From assembly GCA_963806855.1 (NCBI GenBank), contig CAWDYW010000003.1:608001-672000 (forward strand): DNA of 64,000 nt, given 5' to 3'. Below, in pieces: positions 56,016 to 64,000 of the stretch. This DNA comes from an uncultured Verrucomicrobiae bacterium. GTDB taxonomy: Bacteria; Chlamydiota; Chlamydiia; Chlamydiales; Rhabdochlamydiaceae. Position 1 is the stretch's first letter; each line of letters begins with the position of its first letter. The position numbers and the translations under genes are program-made. A model generated the notes under the pieces. The model was not told where the DNA came from and did not search any database. It saw only the letters and a program-made list of their open reading frames with translations.

Positions 56016-57011
56016 TTATCTGATTTTGTCACGGCTGGGAGGGGCCATAAATTCTGGTCCGACAGGGGAGGGGATTGTTTCCTGCAAAATCTGATCGATT
56101 TCAATGAAGTCGGTTTCTTTTAATTTCCAACCCCAGACGGTCTCTATTCCTTCCATTTGACCAGGATTGCGAGCGCCCCATAGCGCAATATTGATTCCCT
56201 TATCAAGGGCCCAGCGCACGGCGAGTGCAAGTAAGGGCTTTCGATACGAATCTAAAGCCCACTGTTCTAATTTTTTTGCGCAACGAAGATAATCCGAATA
56301 GCGCGGCTCCGCAAACTTAGGGTCTACTTGACGTAAGTCATCTCCCTTAAAATGCCTGCTTTTATCCATTTTGCCGCTTAAAAGCCCACGGCATAATGAC
56401 CCATATCCGAAAGTAGCCAATCCTTTTTGAATGCAGTAGGCCAATTCCTTATTTTCTATTTCTCTTTCAAAGAGGTTGAATGGGGATTGAAGTGAATGAA
56501 GCGGGGCATAGTTTTGAAATTGGTTCATCTGTTGTACAGAAAAATTACTGACTCCGATTGCGCCGATTTTTCCATGATCTAATAGTTGTTTTAGAGCTTC
56601 TGCGGTCTCTGCAATCGGCGTTAAAGGGTCTGGCCAATGAAGTTGATAGACATCGATAAATTCTACCTGGAGCCTCTTAAGAGATGCCTCGATCTCTCTG
56701 ACTACAATCTCTTTCCTGGCATCTCGATAAACTGCTTGATTTTTCCAACTCAGACCTACCTTGGTCGCGATGACGATCTGCTCTCTTTTCTCATAGAGTT
56801 TAAGAGCTTTTCCCACAATTTCTTCAGAAAGTCCAAACCCATAGGCAGGGGCGGTGTCTATTAAATTAATGCCAAGGTCAAATGCTCGATGGATTGTGGC
56901 AATTGCATTTTTTTCATCCGTCCCTCCCCACATCCAACCCCCAATAGCCCAGGTTCCTAAACCAACTCGTGAGATTTTTTTATTTAGATTAGGGATATTG
57001 GTAAATTCCAT
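56016..57011 (-). CDS. Aldo/keto reductase
   Basis: GLGTWAIGG, DTAPAYG, ATKVG, HWPD, IGVSNF. Confidence 0.93.
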   Translation of the reverse strand: MEFTNIPNLNKKISRVGLGTWAIGGWMWGGTDEKNAIATIHRAFDLGINLIDTAPAYGFGLSEEIVGKALKLYEKREQIVIATKVGLSWKNQAVYRDARKEIVVREIEASLKRLQVEFIDVYQLHWPDPLTPIAETAEALKQLLDHGKIGAIGVSNFSVQQMNQFQNYAPLHSLQSPFNLFEREIENKELAYCIQKGLATFGYGSLCRGLLSGKMDKSRHFKGDDLRQVDPKFAEPRYSDYLRCAKKLEQWALDSYRKPLLALAVRWALDKGINIALWGARNPGQMEGIETVWGWKLKETDFIEIDQILQETIPSPVGPEFMAPPSRDKIR

Positions 57012-57084
57012 TGGACCTCCAAAAAATATCGCTTACGTATATAATCTATTAGGCATATAGAAAATAATTTTTGCAAGAGCAGGC

Positions 57085-58123
57085 ATGCAAGAGAAACATC
57101 CCCTTTCAGACCTAATCATTATTAGTTGCCTAAGGTCCAATTATGGCATAGAAGTCGCTGCCCTTACATTTCTCCCTCTGGGCGCAGATATGAATGCCTC
57201 GGTATATAAAGCTCAGACACTTGACCACAAGTCTTATTTCATAAAGCTTAAAACATGGGCACCATCATGATACCAGCGTTGACATGGTAGAGCTTTTACA
57301 GAGCGCTGGGATTCGACAGATTATTCCTCCTGTTAAGACAATTCATGGCAGGACAACTCAGCGTATTGATGATTTTACTCTCATTGTATACCCATTTATT
57401 GATGGACAGGATGGATTCAATCGTAATCTAACGGATGATCAATGGACTAAACTCGGCAAAGCGTTAAGACAGGTCCACGAAATTGAAGTGCCGCAACCCA
57501 TCCAAAACCGAATTCGGCGAGAGACTTACTCACGCAAAATGGCGCGAGATCGTTCGATCGATCTACGATCATATTGAAGCCGAGCCGATTGCCGATGAGA
57601 TAGGCTTTAAAATTACAAAAGTTTATGAAGAAGAATATGCTGGCCATTCGCAGACTCGTAGATCGTGCAGAACAACTAGGAGGAAAACTCCAGTGCCAAT
57701 CGCCTAAATTCGTGCTGTGTCATTCTGATATTCATGCTGGCAATGTACTGATAGAGGGAAATAATGACGATCTACATAGTGGACTGGGATGAGCCTATCA
57801 TGGCGCCAAAAGAACGAGATCTCATGTTTATTGGCGGCGGCGTTGGGAATGTTTGGAATAAGCCGCATGAGGAAAAACTTTTTTATAAAGGTTATGGAAA
57901 AACTGAAATTGATTCGACAATCCTAGCCTATTACCGACATGAACGAATCGTAGAAGACATTGCCGAGTACAGTCAGGAGTTGCTTTTGACTACAGCCAGA
58001 GGCAAGGACAGGCCAGAAATGTACAGGCAGTTCACGGGCATGTTTGAACCCCAAGGCGTGGTAGACATAGCCTTCAAAACTGACGAAGGCTTACCTTGGG
58101 TACAATCCGATTCTAAAGGCTGA
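57085..58123 (+). CDS. APH(9)-like aminoglycoside (spectinomycin) phosphotransferase; about four frameshifts
   Basis: LPLGADMNASVY, VYPFIDG, CHSDIHAGNVLI, IVDWDEPIMAPKERDLMFIGGG, YYRHERIVEDI. Confidence 0.8.
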
Positions 58124-58244
58124 TCCGGAAGGATCAGCCTTGATTTGGAGGTGTAGAGACGCATTCAGAACTTTTCTGTGGAAGAAAGTTCACGATTCAT
58201 TTCTTTCATTGGTTTCTCGTGACTTCCCGATTGCCCTCTTTTTG

Positions 58245-58269
58245 AACTATTCGGAAATTCCGAATAGTT
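58245..58269. repeat. 25-bp palindrome between convergent genes
   Basis: AACTATTCGGAA-A-TTCCGAATAGTT. Confidence 0.7.
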
Positions 58270-58292
58270 GCCGCAGAGAGAGTCTCGAAGAT

Positions 58293-59096
58293 CTAGTGGT
58301 CAGTCACTGAGCGCAAAAAAGTTTGGACGACGGCCGAAAAACGCTCGGGCTGGTCATACGGAACCCCATGACCAGCTTCCTCGATCTGTACGACCTCCAA
58401 GCGTTGATTGAGCCCAGCGAGTTCTGCGGCCATCTCAGGAGAGACTACTGAGCCAACATCACCGACGACGAGCAGGCTCGGAACATCGAGAGTGTTGATC
58501 AGCTGCACGTAGTCAGGGTTCGGCGGCGTCAAAACTTCGAAGGCACGAATGCTAGTTTGAAATCTTGCCTGCGCGAATAGTTCGATGACCTCGCGTGAGC
58601 GGCGGCTGTGTCGGACCCGCATCTCAGCCAAAAGATCCTCCCTTGGCCGGTTGAGAATTCGGCGATGCTGATCCGCGACATCACTCTCGTGAACTTCACG
58701 CTGACGTTGCGGCGTCAAGAAGGTTGGATCGGCCAAGACAAGCCCTCGCAGTCGCTTGGGGTTCCGACTGGCGACCACAGCCGCCGTCATGCCTCCCATA
58801 GAATGGCCAAGTAGCACTGGGGTGGCGAGTCCGAGCGCGTCGATAAGGCTCACGACATCGGCGGCGAGGTCGTCATAGCGATAGCCATGGTCCGGGGCGC
58901 TGGAGTTCCCGTGGCCCCGAGCATCCGGCATGACAACGTCGTAATCCTTCTCCAGCGCCCGCGCCAAAGGAGTCCAGCACGCTCCATTCGCCATTAGCCC
59001 ATGCAGCAGAACAACAGGAGGTTTGTCGCCGCCGGTTCGGAGGTAGTGCACGTCAATCCCATTTGCTTCACAGGTCCCCGTTGTCCAGCCAGCCAT
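58293..59096 (-). CDS. Alpha/beta hydrolase, visibly GC-richer than its neighbours
   Basis: LLHG, DARGHG, GHSMGG, AGH. Confidence 0.9.
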   Translation of the reverse strand: MAGWTTGTCEANGIDVHYLRTGGDKPPVVLLHGLMANGACWTPLARALEKDYDVVMPDARGHGNSSAPDHGYRYDDLAADVVSLIDALGLATPVLLGHSMGGMTAAVVASRNPKRLRGLVLADPTFLTPQRQREVHESDVADQHRRILNRPREDLLAEMRVRHSRRSREVIELFAQARFQTSIRAFEVLTPPNPDYVQLINTLDVPSLLVVGDVGSVVSPEMAAELAGLNQRLEVVQIEEAGHGVPYDQPERFSAVVQTFLRSVTDH

Positions 59097-59139
59097 TGCT
59101 CCCTCTATCAATAAAGACTTGGTTCAAATATTAGATATA

Positions 59140-59295
59140 CCGAAACAGCCTGAAGAATCGGTTTTTGGCATCGTCGGCTTGGCTACAAATTTTGGGTCTT
59201 CGCTTGCGCCTTGTTCTCGAACAATGTCGCTCGCTCCAGACCCCAAAATTTGTGCCGCCTCCTTGCCAAATTCCCGATTTTTCAGGTTGTTTCGG
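59140..59295 (+). mobile_element. 156-bp palindromic MITE, copy D
   Basis: Colinear with copy A; TA flanks on both sides. Confidence 0.9.
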
Positions 59296-59367
59296 TATAT
59301 GCTAGACATATAGAGAATAATTATCGAGAAATGATTTTAATGTTCGGAAAATCGGCAGCTGTGGCAT

Positions 59368-59388
59368 AATACCCAGAAACTGGGTATT
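59368..59388. promoter_or_regulatory. Probable PadR operator
   Basis: Perfect inverted repeat AATACCCAG-AAA-CTGGGTATT between a CATAAT -10-like box and the padR ATG. Confidence 0.6.
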
Positions 59389-59391
59389 TTC

Positions 59392-59916
59392 ATGAGATTA
59401 GTCAATAAAACAAAATTTGCAATTTTAGGGATGCTCCTCGAGGGCCCCAGCACGGGATACGAGATCAAGTCGCTTATGAGTCGATCGACTGTCTATTTCT
59501 GGCGCGAGTCCGATTCGACGATCTATCCGATGTTGAAGGTGCTCTCGAAGGAGGGAAAAGTGCTTTCCAAGATCGTCTATGTCGGAAAGAAAAAGAAAGA
59601 GGTCTTTTCAATTACGGAGACGGGACGAGCAGAATTTAAGGCTTGGCTCGAGAGTCCGACGGGAGAGGAAACCCCGCGCAACGAGTTTCTTCTCAAACTC
59701 TTTTTCGTTACAGATCGAGAGGAGATGATGCGGCTGTTTCAAGAAAGGTTGGAAAGAGCCGAAAAGACCTACGAAGAATATAAGAAAATTGAACAGAGGC
59801 TAGAGAACCTGGCCGATTCTCCCCAGAAAGCGATCCGCCTCAAAGCTTTGAGATACGGGATCGCTCACCTTGCATTAGAAATTCAATGGTTAAAACAGGA
59901 GCAATCTTATGATTAG
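59392..59916 (+). CDS. PadR-family transcriptional regulator
   Basis: AILGML...TGYEIK, FWRES..IYP.L, ITETGR.EF..WL, EFLLKLFF. Confidence 0.9.
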   Translation: MRLVNKTKFAILGMLLEGPSTGYEIKSLMSRSTVYFWRESDSTIYPMLKVLSKEGKVLSKIVYVGKKKKEVFSITETGRAEFKAWLESPTGEETPRNEFLLKLFFVTDREEMMRLFQERLERAEKTYEEYKKIEQRLENLADSPQKAIRLKALRYGIAHLALEIQWLKQEQSYD

Positions 59917-62499
59917 GAATTTTGTTTGCCCTTCAAAATGTGCTCTTACAAGTGATCTTGGCAAGATTACAGTTCATGGCGCAAGAGAGCATAATTTAAA
60001 AAATATTTGCTTCGAGGTTCCTAAAGGAAAATTGGTTGCATTAACTGGCCCCTCTGGATCGGGTAAATCCTCGATTGCAGTCGAGGTCCTGCAGAAAGAG
60101 TGCCTGAGACAATTATTGGAGTCACTTGGGATGACCACGGATCATATCTCAAAGGCAAAGGTGGATCATATCATTGGGTTATCTCCTTCCATCGGGGTTT
60201 CTCAGCGTGTGACAGATTTTAATCCTCGCTCTACTGTCGGTACAAAAACAGGTATCCTCACAATTCTGAGGAGCTTGTTTGCCTCTATCGGACATCAGCC
60301 ATGTCGGGGCTGTGGGAAAACCGTGAAACAACCTGACAAAAATAAACTGACAACGATTGAAACAGAGGAGCAAGTCGGTTCTTCTTCTAAGAAAAGAACA
60401 CGAAGTTATTTTGATTGTCCACATTGCGGTCAGCAGCTCGAGAAGTTGAAAATGGCCCATTTTTCTTTCAATGCAACATCTGGGGCATGCGAGGCTTGTA
60501 AGGGGGTAGGTGAAATGATCGGTGTCGATATCCCCAATTTACTCAATGTTGAAAAAACCATTAAAAATGGCGGGGTGAATATTTGGGATGAGGCGGTTGC
60601 AGAGTATTACGAGGGCATCATCCTAGCTGCAGCTAAGTATTATCATTTTCCTTTTGACACGAGCTTAAGATACAAAATTACACGAAAGAGCAAAGAGACT
60701 TTTTACTCTACGGGGTGACTTTTCCGGATTTTGTCAAGGCGCACAAGAATATAAAAGAGCCGAAAAAGGTTAGTGAGGGGAAGTTTGAAGGCATCGTTCC
60801 CTATTTGTTGAGCCGCTATAAGAGTAATCCAACTAAACTTCCAATTGCGATCACGAAATATATCTCACATGAGCCCTGTCTTGAGTGCCACAATGCACGT
60901 TTAGGGAAAATTGGGAGGGAAGTCACTGTCGCTGGAAAGACGATAATAGAGGTGGCGGGGCTTAATCTCTGCGAACTGCTTAATTGGGTTACTGCATTGG
61001 AAAGCCAAGTTTCAGAGGATGAATTGCAGGTTCTTGCAACCCTTTCGAGTGCGATAAAAGACCGAACCTCAAATTTAGTAGAAGTGGGGTTACACTACCT
61101 CACTTTGGACCGGACGCTCCCCTCGCTATCTGCTGGAGAGTCGCAAAGACTTAAATTAGCCTGTGTGCTGGGTAGTGGACTCACAGGAGTTTTGTACGTT
61201 TTAGATGAGCCAACAACAGGTCTACACCCCCATGATACGGCAAAATTATTAAAAACAATGAGGATGATCCAAGAAGCTGGGAACACGGTTTTAATCATTG
61301 AGCATGACCCGGATGTCATCAAGAATGTCGATTACATCATAGATGTAGGACCTGGTGGAGGGCGCAAAGGGGGTGAAATTGTGGTTTCTGGCACACCTGC
61401 CGAAGTCATGGCCTGCGCGACATCCATTACTGGCAAATACTTGGCTAGGAAATGCCCGGCCTTCTAAATCGCCCTCGTCCCCGTGAGGGTAAGGTGCTGA
61501 CGATTCGTGGTGCTAGCGAACATAATCTAAAAGGGGTCGATGTGAATATCCCTGTGAACCAGCTTGTGGTGCTGACAGGGGTGTCGGGCTCAGGAAAATC
61601 GACTTTTTTATTTGGCATCTTGGACAAGGTCGCGAGGAAGTATTTTAATCATGCAAGTGCAGACCCAGGCAAGTATGCTTCTGTCCATGGGTTAGAGCAT
61701 TTTAATCGAATCGTCACCGTCGACCAAGTCACGATAAGGAACACACAATCCTCCCGCTCCAATGTAGCCACCTACACAAAACTCTTCGACTTGATTCGAG
61801 ATCTATTTGCCTCTTTGCCGGAAGCAAAAATCCGTGGCTTTGGTGCGGATAAGTTTTCTTTCAATACCTCAGAGCAGCGTTGTGAGAACTGTAATGGGGC
61901 CGGAGTCGTGGCTATCGACATGGCCTTTATGCCCGATGTGGAGATGGAGTGTCCTGTCTGCAATGGAATGCGATTTACTGAAGAATTGTTAGCGGTGAAA
62001 TTTCAAGGGCATCATATCGCCGACATTTTAGATATGACAGTCAGCGAGGCTACTACTGTCTTTCGTGAGCATCAGAATATTTATGCGCTCCTGGATTTGA
62101 TGAAGCAGGTGGGGTTGGAATACTTAAGCCTAGGACAGTCGACCTCGACATTGTCAGGAGGGGAGGCCCAAAGGATTAAATTGGCGAGCTGAATTATCCA
62201 AGTCTGGAAGGGAATCCACATTGTACTTGTTGGATGAGCCAACAACCGGCTTACACCCACAGGAAGTAGAAAAGCTGCTCGACATCTTGAGAAAGCTGGT
62301 ATCTAAAGGAAATACGGTAATCGCAATTGAGCATAATTTAGATGCTATTTGTGAAGCCGATACCATTATAGATTTTGGTCCAGGCGGCGGGACTGCAGGC
62401 GGTGAAATTGTCGCAATCGGCTCACCTCAAGAAGTGGCTGCCAATAAGGAATCGTTAACGGGGCAATCCTTGAAGGCGTACCTATGTCAAAATGGTTGA
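59909..62499 (+). CDS. Class II UvrA-like (DrrC-type) ABC ATPase; three frameshifts
   Basis: GAREHNLKN, GPSGSGKSS, LSAGESQR, LDEPTTGLHP, second GVSGSGKS and LSGGEAQR, Zn fingers. Shorter than canonical UvrA and co-transcribed with PadR. Confidence 0.88.
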
Positions 62500-62603
62500 A
62501 ATAACAGGCAATACGCCTATAGCGACAAAACCACAAACAATTGCTAGGCGGACTATGTTTTCGCAATATCGTTTGCTTTCAGCTTCTGCAAGACACTCAT
62601 TTC

Positions 62604-63710
62604 CTATCCGCCCACTTCAATTGCGATCACAGTGATGTTGTCGAATCCTATCTTAACCGCTTCGCTGACCAGGGCCTTCGCGATGTTTTTTTGGAAGAGC
62701 TCCGAAATGAAGTTGATGATGCGGCTCACTAAAATGCAGAGGCTCTCCCAGATATTGGAACTGTCTTGGGCCCTTTGATTTAACCTTGCTAAACGCTGAG
62801 CAGCTTCTTTTGAATGATTTACTCTTTCGTCTATCACTGCGGCGATCTTATCTTCCTTGACATAGTCTTTTAAGCCATCGCAAGAGAGCACGACGATATC
62901 TCCTTGTTGGAGAGTGCTCATCGTGATTTTTGGCTTTTGACTGATGAGGGTTTTTCCTTCTTTTGTGCCGTGTATGCCATCCCCCATAGCTCGACTTACA
63001 TTGACCCCTGTTAGAGGCTCATAGGGATCATCGGATGGAATCCCACCCGAACGGATGTATTTTTGTTTCCCTGGATTCTTTGTTAGGAAGTTCTTTACTG
63101 AACCTTCCGGTAAATTATGACAGCCCTCAAGGCGAGCAGCGTCTTTTTTGCTCCCCCAATCACGGACGCAGGAAAGGGGAATGGAGACCATCGACTGTCC
63201 GTTCCTCCGGTAGATGTTGGCTTCACTATCGCCCAATGTAGCGGTATAGATAGTTTTGGTCTGTTTATCGATGTATGTGACGACAGCTGTCGTTCCTTGA
63301 TACTTTCCGATGCCCTCTTTGACTTCATCATGGATCTCACGGATTAGATCGTTAAATGTAGTGTAAACATCATGATTATGAGCCTGTAGAGAGGCAAAAA
63401 ATCGACTTTGGAATTGTGCACAAGCATGGTCTGCCATCCCCTCCCCTGAGTGGCCATCAAAAACGCCGGCGAGTATTGCATTTTCTGTTTCACTATAGAA
63501 GCGGGCATCCTCCATTTCAGGTCTAGGTCCTTGATCCTCTGCGATTTGATGCTTGAAGGTAAGCGCGATCCTGTTATCAACATTTGGCAGAAGGGGGCTC
63601 TCCTCAGTAGGGGAGCCAGCAGCTTTAAAGGGGACATAAGAGTGCTCCTTGATAGCCTTCTCGGTATTTTTGAGCATCTTAGCACTATTAGGTTGTTGTA
63701 TTGCGAGCAT
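62604..63710 (-). CDS. PP2C/PPM Ser/Thr phosphatase with N-terminal extension
   Basis: QGPRPEMED, VFDGH, GTTA, GDS, VSRAMGD, CDGL, DNITV. Confidence 0.88.
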   Translation of the reverse strand: MLAIQQPNSAKMLKNTEKAIKEHSYVPFKAAGSPTEESPLLPNVDNRIALTFKHQIAEDQGPRPEMEDARFYSETENAILAGVFDGHSGEGMADHACAQFQSRFFASLQAHNHDVYTTFNDLIREIHDEVKEGIGKYQGTTAVVTYIDKQTKTIYTATLGDSEANIYRRNGQSMVSIPLSCVRDWGSKKDAARLEGCHNLPEGSVKNFLTKNPGKQKYIRSGGIPSDDPYEPLTGVNVSRAMGDGIHGTKEGKTLISQKPKITMSTLQQGDIVVLSCDGLKDYVKEDKIAAVIDERVNHSKEAAQRLARLNQRAQDSSNIWESLCILVSRIINFISELFQKNIAKALVSEAVKIGFDNITVIAIEVGG

Positions 63711-63744
63711 AATAATCTCTTTATATTAAGTTAATTAATATCTA

Positions 63745-63773
63745 ATTATACAATAAAAAATTTATTAAGTCAA
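63745..63773 (-). promoter_or_regulatory. Sigma70/66-type promoter of the PP2C gene
   Basis: TTGACT-17bp-TATAAT on the minus strand. Confidence 0.7.
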
Positions 63774-64000
63774 TTTAATTATTTAAAAACACATCTACTT
63801 GATAGTTAGTTAATTAAGAGGGGATAATTATAGTCATTTGTCTGCAGGGTTTAGTGGGCTAGCAGCCTGAAGCGCTCTCCTTAAACTGGCTCTTGATTTG
63901 GAGGTGGAGAGAGAGCGAAATCACTCAGACTTGAGAGAGGGCATATCGATAATTATGCAAATTTTATGCAGTAGACGAGACAAAACTGAGTAAAACTATT

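Noticed and set aside
14041..59295. CRISPR array or tRNA interpretation of the recurring palindromes
   Set aside because: The copies are dispersed, about 156 bp long, have no unique spacers or cas genes, and do not form a cloverleaf.
59909..62499. Canonical nucleotide-excision-repair uvrA
   Set aside because: It is shorter than canonical UvrA, PadR-linked and has no uvrB/uvrC nearby, so class II UvrA fits better.

Overview
This is bacterial genomic DNA, most likely from an environmental member of the Chlamydiota. That assignment is inferred from a PhoH / CT016-like / CT017-like gene trio, an NrdA with three ATP cones plus a class Ic NrdB, and an expanded family of Cys-rich MOMP-like (Lpg1974-type) porins. 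About 55 genes are recognisable: M16 protease, upp-udk, nrdAB with tandem NrdR boxes, pssA, rmuC, a RelE/XRE toxin-antitoxin pair, phoH, five MOMP-like porins, Ku, phosphoketolase, alr, acs, mtnA, and an accessory block (bicupin, hydrolases, APH(9)-like kinase, PadR with class II UvrA, PP2C). About 18 genes, including the normally essential nrdAB, are broken by small indels, most likely long-read consensus errors. Main observations: (1) several normally cytoplasmic salvage enzymes (Upp, Udk, MtnA, Pip and others) carry apparent Sec signal peptides; (2) a thioredoxin-reductase-like protein has an Inc-like bilobed hydrophobic N-terminus and has lost its CxxC; (3) a 156-bp palindromic MITE family has 4 near-full and 3 partial copies, one rewriting a toxin C-terminus and two bracketing a porin gene; (4) an IS982-ended 3.2-kb cargo element carries a secreted GMC oxidoreductase; (5) a 351-bp nested palindrome lies between udk and nrdB; (6) a Mut7-C RNase is fused to a CapA-type metallophosphatase. 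No rRNA, tRNA or CRISPR array was seen. All family assignments come from motifs read by eye, and no database search was run.
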